A DNA stretch of 32,000 bases, from NCBI RefSeq assembly GCF_009674685.1, contig NZ_WKJI01000004.1, forward strand, positions 62,427-94,426. Reading direction: 5' to 3'. Positions 1 to 8,705 of this stretch are shown piece after piece. The position numbers and the translations under genes are program-made. The DNA is from Pedobacter puniceum. GTDB taxonomy: Bacteria; Bacteroidota; Bacteroidia; Sphingobacteriales; Sphingobacteriaceae. How positions within the stretch are numbered: position 1 is the first letter of the stretch; the number at the start of each line of letters is the position of its first letter. The notes under the pieces were generated by a model. The model was not told where the DNA came from, ran no database searches, and saw only the letters and a program-made list of their open reading frames with translations.

Positions 1-236
1 TACTAGACATCATGATGCCTGATGTAAATGGCTATGAAGTTTGTGATTTTGTAAAGCAAAGCGAAGCTTACAAACATATAAAAGTGATTTTTATTTCGGC
101 AAAAAGTAAAGACGAGGATATTAAACTAGCGTATAGTAAAGGAGCAGATTTATTCATCATAAAACCTTTCTCCACCCGCCGTTTAATAGAGAAAATAACA
201 GCATTAAATAAGGAAGATTATAAAACAATAAATTAA
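1..236 (+). CDS. Response-regulator receiver (REC) domain protein, C-terminal part (5' end outside window)
   Basis: The frame is open from the window edge (codons from nt 3 read LDIMMPDVNGYEV...) and ends at TAA 234-236. It carries the D-x-M-P-x-x-x-G phospho-acceptor motif and the conserved K-P-F of CheY-like receivers. The protein ends right after the receiver domain. Confidence 0.85.
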   Translation, partial: LDIMMPDVNGYEVCDFVKQSEAYKHIKVIFISAKSKDEDIKLAYSKGADLFIIKPFSTRRLIEKITALNKEDYKTIN

Positions 237-244
237 AGAGAAAA

Positions 245-2155
245 ATGGATTTAAGCATCAAGTCGTTTGAAGATTATCAGAGAGTTTATCAACACAGTGT
301 TGAGCAGCCAGAGCAATTTTGGGATACTGTTGCAAGCAGCTTCGTTTGGAAAAAGAAGTGGAATAAAGTGTTAGACTGGAACTTTAAAGAGCCTGATATC
401 AATTGGTTTGTTGGAGGAAAATTAAATATTACAGAAAACTGTTTAGATAGGCATTTGGCAGATAAAGGCGACCAGCCTGCTCTAATTTGGGAACCAAATG
501 ACCCCGAAGAACATCACCGAGCTTTTACCTATAAGCAATTACACCAAAAGGTATGTTTATTTGCCAATGTTTTAAAAAATAACGGAGCTAAAAAAGGCGA
601 TAGAATTTGTATTTATATGCCCATGGTACCAGAGTTGGCCGTTGCGGTTTTAGCGTGTGCTAGAATTGGGGCTATACACTCGGTAGTATTTGGTGGTTTT
701 TCTGCTCAATCTATTGCAGATAGAATACAAGATGCTAATTGTAGCATGGTTATTACCGCAGATGGCTCTTACCGTGGTACCAAAGAAGTTCCCCTAAAAA
801 ATGTAATGGACGATGCTTTGGTACAATGTCCATCTGTTAAAAGAGTTATTGTGCTTACCCGTAGCAGAACGCCAATATCAATGATAAAAGGTCGTGATGT
901 TTGGTGGGAAGATGAAATTAAGAAAGTAGAAACTTTGGGAATGTTAGATTGCCCTGCAGAAGAAATGGATGCAGAAGACCCATTGTTTATTCTATACACA
1001 TCCGGTTCAACCGGGAAACCTAAAGGCGTAGTACATACTTGCGGAGGCTACATGGTTTATGCTGGCTATAGCTTCCAAAATGTTTTTCAGTACCAGCCAG
1101 AAGAAGTTTATTTCTGTACAGCAGATATTGGATGGATAACTGGACACACCTACATCGTTTATGGGCCATTATCAATGGGTGCCACAAGTTTATTGTTTGA
1201 AGGTATACCTACTTGGCCAGATGCTGGTAGATTTTGGGATATTGTAGAAGAATATAAGGTAAATATCTTATACACAGCGCCTACAGCAATCCGTTCTTTA
1301 ATGCAGTTTGGTTTAGATTTCGTAAAAGATAAAGATTTAAGTTCGTTAAGAGTGTTAGGTTCTGTTGGCGAGCCCATTAATGAAGAAGCATGGAATTGGT
1401 ATAACGAGCATATAGGTAAAAAGAATTGTCCTATTGTAGATACATGGTGGCAAACAGAAACAGGTGGTATTTTAATATCTCCTTTAGCCAATATTACACC
1501 AGTAAAACCATGTTTTGCCACTTTACCATTACCGGGTATACAGCCTATTTTAGTTGATGAAAAGGGCGAAGAAATTATAGGAAATGGCGTTTCTGGTAAT
1601 TTATGTATCAAATTTCCATGGCCAGGTATGCTAAGAACAACCTACGGAGATCATGAGCGTTGTCGGGTAAACTACTTTGCCACTTATGATAATTTATACT
1701 TTACTGGCGATGGTTGTATGCGAGATGAAGATGGTTATTACCGCATTACCGGCAGGGTAGATGATGTTATTAATGTATCTGGACATAGAATTGGAACTGC
1801 AGAAGTAGAAAATGCAATCAATATGTTTTCTGATGTGGTAGAATCTGCTGTGGTGGGTTATCCGCATGACATTAAAGGACAAGGTATTTATGCTTATGTG
1901 ATACTTTCTAAAGAAACTGATGATGACGAACTGACAAGAAAAGATATCTCTATGACGGTTAGTCGTATTATTGGTCCCATTGCAAAGCCAGATAAGATAC
2001 AATTTGTAAGTGGTTTACCTAAAACAAGATCAGGTAAAATTATGAGAAGAATTTTAAGAAAAATAGCTGAGGGAGAGGTTGATAGCTTAGGAGATACTTC
2101 AACTTTGTTAGACCCAGCAATAGTAGATGAGATTAAAAATGGCAGATTATCTTAG
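245..2155 (+). CDS. acs: Acetyl-CoA synthetase (AMP-forming)
   Basis: 636-aa ORF of typical Acs length. It has the YTSGSTGKPKG AMP-binding motif, WWQTETGG, and the C-terminal PKTRSGKIMRR motif containing the catalytic/acetylatable Lys. Confidence 0.97.
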   Translation: MDLSIKSFEDYQRVYQHSVEQPEQFWDTVASSFVWKKKWNKVLDWNFKEPDINWFVGGKLNITENCLDRHLADKGDQPALIWEPNDPEEHHRAFTYKQLHQKVCLFANVLKNNGAKKGDRICIYMPMVPELAVAVLACARIGAIHSVVFGGFSAQSIADRIQDANCSMVITADGSYRGTKEVPLKNVMDDALVQCPSVKRVIVLTRSRTPISMIKGRDVWWEDEIKKVETLGMLDCPAEEMDAEDPLFILYTSGSTGKPKGVVHTCGGYMVYAGYSFQNVFQYQPEEVYFCTADIGWITGHTYIVYGPLSMGATSLLFEGIPTWPDAGRFWDIVEEYKVNILYTAPTAIRSLMQFGLDFVKDKDLSSLRVLGSVGEPINEEAWNWYNEHIGKKNCPIVDTWWQTETGGILISPLANITPVKPCFATLPLPGIQPILVDEKGEEIIGNGVSGNLCIKFPWPGMLRTTYGDHERCRVNYFATYDNLYFTGDGCMRDEDGYYRITGRVDDVINVSGHRIGTAEVENAINMFSDVVESAVVGYPHDIKGQGIYAYVILSKETDDDELTRKDISMTVSRIIGPIAKPDKIQFVSGLPKTRSGKIMRRILRKIAEGEVDSLGDTSTLLDPAIVDEIKNGRLS

Positions 2156-2220
2156 TTTTTCTAGTGGCATGATGCTTGGTTGAATGATAGAAATATTATT
2201 CACCTTAAAAGAAAAACATC

Positions 2221-2406
2221 ATGGACAAATTAGAATTAAAAGGTAAGTGGAATGAAATTAAAGGTAAAGTAAAGCAGGCTTATGCCGATTTAACCGATGA
2301 TGATTTAACTTACCAAGAAGGCCAAGAAGATGAAATGCTTGGAAAAATACAAAGCAAAACAGGTAAAACCAGAGACGAAGTGATTAATTGGTTAAGAAGT
2401 TTGTAA
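2221..2406 (+). CDS. CsbD-like general stress protein
   Basis: 61-aa ORF. The pattern [23 protein letters not shown]...[14 protein letters not shown] is typical of the CsbD family. Confidence 0.85.
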   Translation: MDKLELKGKWNEIKGKVKQAYADLTDDDLTYQEGQEDEMLGKIQSKTGKTRDEVINWLRSL

Positions 2407-2548
2407 ATATTAAGGATAAGCTAATCACAAGCTACCTTTTTGTTACACTTATTATGAAATTTTGGTATACACTTTGATTAATACCAAATGTAATCTTCTC
2501 TGATTGAAAGATTATTCATACGTTTAGGTTTAGGTTTAGTAAAGATTA

Positions 2549-2580
2549 AGGAGACATGCCCATGTCTCCTTTTTCTTTTT
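2549..2580 (+). terminator. Rho-independent terminator downstream of csbD-like gene
   Basis: GGAGACATG (2550-2558) and CATGTCTCC (2561-2569) form a GC-containing hairpin, followed by TTTTTCTTTTT. It lies between convergent genes. Confidence 0.7.
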
Positions 2581-2584
2581 AAGC

Positions 2585-4378
2585 TTATTTGGCAAATAAG
2601 CGGTCTGGATAGTTTAAATACTGGTTGTATAGGTTTAAAACCTTATATTTTGAAACATAACCAATGATAGTTTCTTTTTTACTTACTAAAATATGGTTTA
2701 GATTTATCAGTTCTGGTGCACTAATCAATTGATTTCTAAGTTGAGTATATTCAATCAATATAAATTCTGTTTGTAAAATCTGCTCAGCATAAATACTATC
2801 ATACTGCTCAAAATTTTTCATTAATTCTCGTACTGTTTTTAGTTCAATAACTCCAACAATCTTATTCTCCTGATTAAAAACCGGCATAATAGTATAATCA
2901 TGATAAGAAAATTTTTCAATTATTTTTCGGAGTGTATAGTTAGTGTACACAAAAGTGTCCACAGGGTCTATAATATCACGTAAATTAATCTGGTTAAGGA
3001 TAAATTTCTCCATTTGTAATGGTCCATGGTTATCTTTTGTACGAGGATGGTGTGCGTCAATATAATTCTTAAAAGTGTAAGCTATAGTTGTTGCTATCAT
3101 TAAAGGGACTATTATCGCATAGCTTTGGGTGGTATCAGCAATGAGGAAAATAGCCGTTACGGGTGCCCGCATAACACATGCAAAAGTGGCAGCCATCCCT
3201 AAAAATATAAAAGTATTACCTTCTAAATCTAAATGGGTTCCGCTTACCGCGATAATTATCTTGTAAAGTAAATAACCACTTATACCACCTGCCACTAAAG
3301 ATGGTGCAAAATAACCTCCTTCGCCACCTGCGCTCAAACTCAGGCCGGTGCTCAGCGGCCGTAGTAATAGTAATACCAATAAAATCAGTAATCCCTGAAA
3401 AGGAATATTTAAATTTTGGAAGATAGAATTTTTCCAAACCTCAGTTTCTTGGCCATGTAGCAAACGATTGATGCTTACATAGCCCTCACCATACAACGCA
3501 GGGAAAATATAAATTAAACAACCTAAAAGCGCACCACCTATTAAAGCCATTAAATAAGGATTATTTAATCTAGAGAGTATTTTATAGCAAAAACCATAAG
3601 TTTTAATCATATACATCGCTGTAAAAGCGCCAACAAAACCTATCAAAACTACATAGGGTAAACTTTCATAAGAAAAAGCATCTACATGAGCATCAAAACG
3701 GAGATTTTCGCCCATAATCATCTCAAATAAAATTTTTCCTGTGGCAGATGCTATCAGTAAAGGAATCAGTAAAGCAGGGGTGAATTCAGGTAATATCACT
3801 TCTAAGGCAAATAAAAATCCGCCAATAGGCGCATTATACATGGCAGAAATACCAGATGCCGTTCCACATCCAATTAATAAAGTTCTAAGTTGATAATTTA
3901 AGCCTAATGATTTTCCTAAATTAGAGCCAATTGAGGCTCCAGAAGTAACAATTGCGGCCTCCATACCAGAGCTTCCACCGAAACCAATGGTAATACCCGC
4001 TGTAACAAACTTGGCATATATTAACCTGATATTGATAAAAGATTGATGGTTTTCTATAGCTTGTATAACATGTTGCATCCCTTTAAAAGCCACCAACTTC
4101 TTGAAAATATTTCCGTTTAAAAAGGTCACAAGAAGTAAGCCTATCATCGGTAAAATAAAAAACAAATAGCCCGGAAAGAAACTCACCGCATAATTTTCTA
4201 CAGCATAAATTATTTGTTTTATTAAAATAGCTGCTAAACCAACTATTAAACCCACTAAAGCACTTAATAAGATAACAGTAATGTTCTTGTTTTTTTGCCT
4301 ACTTATAATCTTTCTTACTTTTACCCTTAGCTTTCTTAACTTTGTGATACTTGGTGTGTTTTTAGGCATACGTTTCAA
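2585..4378 (-). CDS. ClC-family voltage-gated chloride channel with C-terminal CBS domains
   Basis: 597-aa ORF with many TM helices and ClC selectivity-filter-like motifs (GSSGMEAA, GxFxAP-type GGYFAPS). A soluble C-terminal portion of about 140 aa is consistent with a CBS pair. Confidence 0.92.
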   Translation of the reverse strand: MKRMPKNTPSITKLRKLRVKVRKIISRQKNKNITVILLSALVGLIVGLAAILIKQIIYAVENYAVSFFPGYLFFILPMIGLLLVTFLNGNIFKKLVAFKGMQHVIQAIENHQSFINIRLIYAKFVTAGITIGFGGSSGMEAAIVTSGASIGSNLGKSLGLNYQLRTLLIGCGTASGISAMYNAPIGGFLFALEVILPEFTPALLIPLLIASATGKILFEMIMGENLRFDAHVDAFSYESLPYVVLIGFVGAFTAMYMIKTYGFCYKILSRLNNPYLMALIGGALLGCLIYIFPALYGEGYVSINRLLHGQETEVWKNSIFQNLNIPFQGLLILLVLLLLRPLSTGLSLSAGGEGGYFAPSLVAGGISGYLLYKIIIAVSGTHLDLEGNTFIFLGMAATFACVMRAPVTAIFLIADTTQSYAIIVPLMIATTIAYTFKNYIDAHHPRTKDNHGPLQMEKFILNQINLRDIIDPVDTFVYTNYTLRKIIEKFSYHDYTIMPVFNQENKIVGVIELKTVRELMKNFEQYDSIYAEQILQTEFILIEYTQLRNQLISAPELINLNHILVSKKETIIGYVSKYKVLNLYNQYLNYPDRLFAK

Positions 4379-4405
4379 GATTAATTAATCATTAGGATAA
4401 AACAG

Positions 4406-5179
4406 ATGAGTACAAAAAAATATAAAATATTGGTAGTTAATGATGATGGTATAACTGCTCCGGGAATAAAGGCTTTAATAGAAGTGATGAAAGAGTTAGG
4501 AGAAGTAACCGTAGTTGCTCCTGATAGTCCGCAATCTGGTATGGGCCATGCTATCACTATTGGTAAACCTTTAAGAATGGATAAGGTTAGTTTGTACGAA
4601 GGTGTAGAGATGTACAAATGCTCTGGTACACCTGTAGACTGTGTAAAACTAGCTGTAACCAAAATTTTTAAAGGTAAAAAGCCAGATATCTGCGTTTCAG
4701 GAATTAACCATGGTCTTAATAATTCTATTAATGTTTTATATTCTGGTACCATGTCTGCAGCTGTAGAAGGCGCTATAGAAAGTATTCCTTCAATTGGTTT
4801 CTCTTTAGATGATTACACATGGGATGCCAATTTTGAACATTGCAAAAAATACATCAAAGAGATTTGTTTACAAGTACTTAAAAACGGTCTACAACCGGGT
4901 GTTTTGTTAAATGTTAATTTCCCGGCAGGGCAGCAATTAAAGGGTATAAAAATATGCCGACAAGCAAATGCTAAATGGGCTGAGGATTTTGATGAAAGAC
5001 AAGACCCTTATAAAAGAAGTTATTATTGGTTAACGGGTGTTTTCCAATCGCATGACCATGGTGAAGACTCTGATGTTTGGGCTTTAAACAATGGTTTTGT
5101 TTCTGTTGTACCGGTTCAGTTTGATATGACAGCTCATCATGCAATTTCTACCTTAAATACGTGGGATTTTAATGTTTAA
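4406..5179 (+). CDS. surE: 5'/3'-nucleotidase SurE
   Basis: 257-aa ORF with the N-terminal ILVVNDDGITAPGI motif, plus SGINHG and YSGTMSAA motifs typical of SurE. Confidence 0.95.
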   Translation: MSTKKYKILVVNDDGITAPGIKALIEVMKELGEVTVVAPDSPQSGMGHAITIGKPLRMDKVSLYEGVEMYKCSGTPVDCVKLAVTKIFKGKKPDICVSGINHGLNNSINVLYSGTMSAAVEGAIESIPSIGFSLDDYTWDANFEHCKKYIKEICLQVLKNGLQPGVLLNVNFPAGQQLKGIKICRQANAKWAEDFDERQDPYKRSYYWLTGVFQSHDHGEDSDVWALNNGFVSVVPVQFDMTAHHAISTLNTWDFNV

Positions 5180-5432
5180 GAAAGATAATGTTTGGTTAGG
5201 CTTAGCATTAGGTCTTTTTGTACCTGGTATCGCCTTTTTGCTGGTGCAATTTTTAAAAAGAAACTTAGTTGTACTAGCTAAAGACGATTTATTGTACATT
5301 GGTTGTGTAGCATTAAACTTGGTTCTTATAAAGTTTGTATATAAAGACGAATACGAGCAAACAGTTAGAGGTATTATTTCTGCATCATTCATTTGCGCTA
5401 TAATTTTCTTTTTTTACAAATACAATCTTTAA
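5172..5432 (+). CDS. Small integral membrane protein, unknown function
   Basis: 86-aa ORF overlapping the surE stop by 8 nt. It has three hydrophobic segments and fills the surE-lpxB gap on the same strand. Confidence 0.55.
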   Translation: MFKKDNVWLGLALGLFVPGIAFLLVQFLKRNLVVLAKDDLLYIGCVALNLVLIKFVYKDEYEQTVRGIISASFICAIIFFFYKYNL

Positions 5433-5441
5433 ACATTATTC

Positions 5442-6548
5442 ATGAGATATTACATTATAGCTGGCGAAGCATCCGGAGATTTACATGGTGCAAATCTCAT
5501 GAAAGCGCTTAAAAATTTAGACACTAAGGCCGATTTTAGATTTTTTGGTGGCGATTTAATGCAGGCACAAGGTGGAACTTTGGTGAAGCACTATGCAGAT
5601 ATGGCTTTTATGGGTTTCTTAGAAGTACTCATGAATTTAAGAACTGTTCTTAAAAATATTAGTTTCTGTAAACAGGATGTATTAGCCTACCAACCAGATG
5701 TTTTAATTTTAGTTGATTTCCCTGGTTTTAATCTAAAAATTGCTGATTTTGCTAAAAAGAACAACATCAAAGTGTATTATTATATCTCTCCCAAAGTTTG
5801 GGCATGGAATCAAAAACGTGTACTCAAAATTAAAAAGGTAGTAGATAAAATGTTTTGCATTTTACCTTTCGAAGTTGATTTTTATAAAGAATGGGGTATG
5901 GAGGTTGATTACGTGGGCAACCCTTTACTAGATGCCATTGCTGCCTTTACACCTCAGAATGATTTTTTAACCCAACATAATTTAGGTGATAAAAAAATCA
6001 TCGCACTTTTACCCGGAAGTAGAAAACAAGAACTACAATACTTGTTGCCAGATATGTTGGCTGTAGCCGATAAGCTGCCTGAATATCAATTTGTAATTGC
6101 CGGAGCTCCTAGTTTTAATCAAGAACATTATGATTCTTTTTTAAACGGAAGACATATTCCTGTTGTATTTGGTGCTACTTATGATTTGTTGCATCATGCT
6201 CATGCTGCTTTGGTAACTTCCGGAACAGCAACCTTAGAGACCGCTTTATTTAAAGTACCAGAAGTTGTTTTGTACAAAGGCGGAAAAATAAGTATTGCTA
6301 TTGCTAGGATGCTTGTGAAAATTAGATTTATCTCTTTAGTGAATTTAATTATGGATGAAGAGGTGGTTAAAGAATTAATTCAGGAAGATTGTAATGCCGA
6401 GCAAATTTTAAAAGAACTAAAACCACTTTTAGACGGAGAAAAGCGAGTGCTTCAGTTACAGCAATATCAGCTACTAGCTGATAAAATGGGTTTACCGGGT
6501 GCTTCTGAGAAAACCGCAAAGCTTATTCATGAGTATTTGAATAGGTAA
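5442..6548 (+). CDS. lpxB: Lipid-A-disaccharide synthase
   Basis: 368-aa ORF with the N-terminal IIAGEASGDLHGANL motif and the later SGTATLE motif characteristic of LpxB. Confidence 0.95.
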   Translation: MRYYIIAGEASGDLHGANLMKALKNLDTKADFRFFGGDLMQAQGGTLVKHYADMAFMGFLEVLMNLRTVLKNISFCKQDVLAYQPDVLILVDFPGFNLKIADFAKKNNIKVYYYISPKVWAWNQKRVLKIKKVVDKMFCILPFEVDFYKEWGMEVDYVGNPLLDAIAAFTPQNDFLTQHNLGDKKIIALLPGSRKQELQYLLPDMLAVADKLPEYQFVIAGAPSFNQEHYDSFLNGRHIPVVFGATYDLLHHAHAALVTSGTATLETALFKVPEVVLYKGGKISIAIARMLVKIRFISLVNLIMDEEVVKELIQEDCNAEQILKELKPLLDGEKRVLQLQQYQLLADKMGLPGASEKTAKLIHEYLNR

Positions 6549-6609
6549 GACTTACTTTTTACTGACGAATAACTGTTTCTTTCATGACAAGTGGGAATGA
6601 TATTTGTAA

Positions 6610-6617
6610 TATGTTTG
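6610..6617 (+). promoter_or_regulatory. Candidate Bacteroidota -7 promoter box (TATGTTTG) for the OYE reductase gene
   Basis: Exact match to TAnnTTTG, 20 nt upstream of the ATG at 6638. It is embedded in the inverted repeat ATATGTTT-GTTT-AAACATAT (6609-6628). No clear -33 TTG was found. Confidence 0.3.
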
Positions 6618-6637
6618 TTTAAACATATAATTACAAT

Positions 6638-7717
6638 ATGAGTAATCACTTATTTCAGACTTATAAATTAGGTCAACTTACCTTACAAAATAGAGCTGTT
6701 ATGGCTCCAATGACTCGTTCAAGAGCTATAAATAACATTCCAAACGATTTAATGGTAACTTATTACCAGCAAAGAGCAGGTGCAGGTTTGATCATTACTG
6801 AAGGTACTTCTCCATCACCAAATGGTTTAGGTTATGCCAGAATTCCGGGTATTTTCAATCAGGAACAAGTAGCTGGTTGGCGTAAAGTTACAGATGCGGT
6901 ACATGCAAAAGGCGCTAAAATATTTATACAATTGATGCACACAGGCAGAGTTTCACACGAAGTAAATCTTCCTAAAGGAGCTAGAGTTGTTGGTCCGTCT
7001 AACATTACCGCTGCAGGTGATATGTGGACAGATGCTGAAGGAATGAAGCCTCATACCCAGCCACATGCACTAACTACGGAAGAAGTTAAGGCTACCATTC
7101 AAGAATATGTAAACGCAGCAAAATTAGCTATTGATGCAGGTTTTGATGGCGTAGAACTTCATGCGGCTAATGGTTATTTGATTGAGCAATTTATTAACGG
7201 AGTTGTAAACAACCGTAAAGATGAATACGGCGGCTCTGTAGCAAATAGAAGCAAATTTTTATTAGAAATTGTCGAACAAACAATTGCAGCAATAGGTAAA
7301 GAAAAAGTAGGAGTAAGGTTTTCTCCATTTAGCGGTTTTAATGACATACCAGCTTACAATGAAATAACCGAAACTTATGATTACCTCTCTAAAAAATTAA
7401 ATGATTTAGGTGTTGTTTATTTACACTTTTTAGATCATTCTCCAAACGGATTGGATTTAGTACCAGCAGATTTAAGAGCAACCGTAAGAGCTAATTTTAA
7501 AGGTACTTTAATTTGGTGTGGAGCATATGATTTAGAAAGAGCTAACCAAGATTTAAAAGAAGGAAGGGCAGATTTAATTGCATTTGGTAAGCCTTTTATT
7601 TCAAATCCTGATTTGATAGAGCGCTTACAACAAAACCTTGCTTTAGCACAGCCAGATTTTAATACACTTTACACGCCAGATGAAAAAGGCTATACAGATT
7701 ATCCTGCGGCTATTTAA
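6638..7717 (+). CDS. Old Yellow Enzyme family NAD(P)H:flavin oxidoreductase / alkene reductase (NemA-like)
   Basis: 359-aa ORF. It shows MAPMTRSRA, QLMHTGR, GFDGVELHAANGYLIEQF and ADLIAFGKPFISNPDL, the classic OYE/TIM-barrel FMN reductase motifs. Confidence 0.93.
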   Translation: MSNHLFQTYKLGQLTLQNRAVMAPMTRSRAINNIPNDLMVTYYQQRAGAGLIITEGTSPSPNGLGYARIPGIFNQEQVAGWRKVTDAVHAKGAKIFIQLMHTGRVSHEVNLPKGARVVGPSNITAAGDMWTDAEGMKPHTQPHALTTEEVKATIQEYVNAAKLAIDAGFDGVELHAANGYLIEQFINGVVNNRKDEYGGSVANRSKFLLEIVEQTIAAIGKEKVGVRFSPFSGFNDIPAYNEITETYDYLSKKLNDLGVVYLHFLDHSPNGLDLVPADLRATVRANFKGTLIWCGAYDLERANQDLKEGRADLIAFGKPFISNPDLIERLQQNLALAQPDFNTLYTPDEKGYTDYPAAI

Positions 7718-7733
7718 GTTGTAGGTCAAATAG

Positions 7734-7770
7734 AAAAGGGATAGTCTTCACTGAAAACTATCCCTTTTTC
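7734..7770. terminator. Bidirectional intrinsic terminator between convergent genes
   Basis: AAAAGGGATAGT (7734-7745) pairs perfectly with ACTATCCCTTTT (7757-7768). An inner TTCA/TGAA extension lengthens the stem. An A-run on the 5' side and a T-run on the 3' side allow function on both strands. Confidence 0.8.
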
Positions 7771-7783
7771 ATTTTAAACAATA

Positions 7784-8116
7784 TTAATGCTGATGTTCTA
7801 TTTCTAGTTTTTTGATTAATTCAGAAGAGGCATCATCAGCGTAAGCGCCATAAGCATTTACCAAAACGCCCTTAAAATCTCCTTCAATAGATTCTATAGC
7901 ATAAACCACAGCATTATCTGCTGGGTCTGTAATACCTTCAAAACGGTAAGACTCTACCACTTTGAAGTTTTCTGGATATAAAATCAGTTGCTTTTCTGTT
8001 TCTTCTAAAAAATCGGCTCTAAGCTTTAAATTTCCAGAATAACCTCTGGCATTTAAATCATTTAAAGCTTCAACCATAGTGTCAAAATCTTTTCGATGTT
8101 GGCTTGCGTTTTCCAT
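7784..8116 (-). CDS. Small acidic conserved hypothetical protein (110 aa)
   Basis: Clean ORF followed by the terminator. The sequence (…YRFEGITDPADNAVVYAIES…NAYGAYAD…) resembles a roughly 100-aa family I recall as widespread in Bacteroidota without an established function. Confidence 0.7.
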   Translation of the reverse strand: MENASQHRKDFDTMVEALNDLNARGYSGNLKLRADFLEETEKQLILYPENFKVVESYRFEGITDPADNAVVYAIESIEGDFKGVLVNAYGAYADDASSELIKKLEIEHQH

Positions 8117-8133
8117 ATAGATGTATATTTATG

Positions 8134-8292
8134 TTATCCTGTAGATTCTTCTTCGCTTAACAAATTAATAATCATCGTGAACACACCTAATACCAATAAA
8201 ATATGAATCAGTATACCGGCAGTAAAAACAAATACTCCTAAGCCCCATCACAATACAAACAGCATTGCAAGAATATTCAATAATGTTTTCAT
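8134..8292 (-). pseudogene. Small two-helix membrane protein gene (lmo0937-like) interrupted by an in-frame TGA
   Basis: The frame from ATG 8292-8290 to TAA 8136-8134 reads MKTLLNILAMLFVL*WGLGVFVFTAGILIHILLVLGVFTMIINLLSEEESTG. The TGA is at 8250-8248. It lies 17 nt upstream of the 110-aa gene on the same strand. Confidence 0.5.
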
Positions 8293-8403
8293 AATATCAG
8301 GTCCATTTTCCCGAAATAAAAGTTCGCAAACTATATGCCATTTATTTTATTCAGTATGTTATTATTGGTCTGCCCTTTGTTAAATACATCCTAAACACTA
8401 AAT

Positions 8404-8571
8404 ATGAAAGACAAAACAAAAGGTGCAGGAAGTTTACAAGGTAAATCTACTGCCGACAGAAATTTTAATTCTTTAAAAGAGGACAAAAAGAAAATAGGTA
8501 TCAGCAATGCGGGTGGACAGCGGTCTGATCAAACTTCTAATAAGGATAATCAGCGTAAGCGAGGCCAATAG
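8404..8571 (+). CDS. Possible small hydrophilic protein (55 aa, K/G/S/N/Q-rich)
   Basis: ATG 8404 to TAG 8569-8571 reads MKDKTKGAGSLQGKSTADRNFNSLKEDKKKIGISNAGGQRSDQTSNKDNQRKRGQ. It is divergent from the mini membrane gene and below the ORF-track size cut-off. Support comes from context only. Confidence 0.25.
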   Translation: MKDKTKGAGSLQGKSTADRNFNSLKEDKKKIGISNAGGQRSDQTSNKDNQRKRGQ

Positions 8572-8650
8572 CGTAATAGGATAAGTTTAGAACTTATAAG
8601 AATATAATAAGAATCTAACAAGGAGCTTACTCGTTAATTTACTTGTGATA

Positions 8651-8705
8651 ACCTTGTTATGACCCTGTTAGCACCCTGTTAGTACCCTGTTAGTACCCTG
8701 TTAAG
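8651..8705. repeat. Tandem array of 5 x 11 bp (ACC[C/T]TGTTAnn)
   Basis: The units read directly as ACCTTGTTATG, ACCCTGTTAGC, ACCCTGTTAGT, ACCCTGTTAGT and ACCCTGTTAAG. An inverted copy of the core (TAACAAGG) sits at 8616-8623. Confidence 0.9.

Noticed and set aside
769-2002. Three minus-strand ORFs (769-999, 1159-1611, 1694-2002) inside acs
   Set aside because: They lie entirely antisense within a gene that has unmistakable Acs motifs. The translations are low-complexity with no recognisable motifs, typical of shadow ORFs in AT-rich DNA.
2522-2539. GTTTAG x3 hexamer tandem repeat and nearby AAAGATTA direct repeats in the csbD 3' region
   Set aside because: With only three short AT-rich units, this is within what slippage or chance produces. 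I found no associated promoter box or structure other than the terminator already listed.
3216-3437. 73-aa ORF in an alternative minus-strand frame inside the ClC gene
   Set aside because: It is fully embedded in the ClC coding region, and its R/F-rich nonsense composition fits an out-of-frame artefact.
4381-5392. Antisense ORFs 4381-4752 and 5153-5392 opposite surE and the 86-aa membrane gene
   Set aside because: surE is confidently assigned on the + strand. The antisense translations show no motifs, and the first would overlap the ClC start region implausibly.
8651-8705. Possibility that the 11-bp repeats are a CRISPR array or a coding repeat
   Set aside because: The units are contiguous with no spacers and far shorter than CRISPR repeats. 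Stop codons (TAG/TAA) occur in the repeat in the relevant frames, and no cas genes are present.
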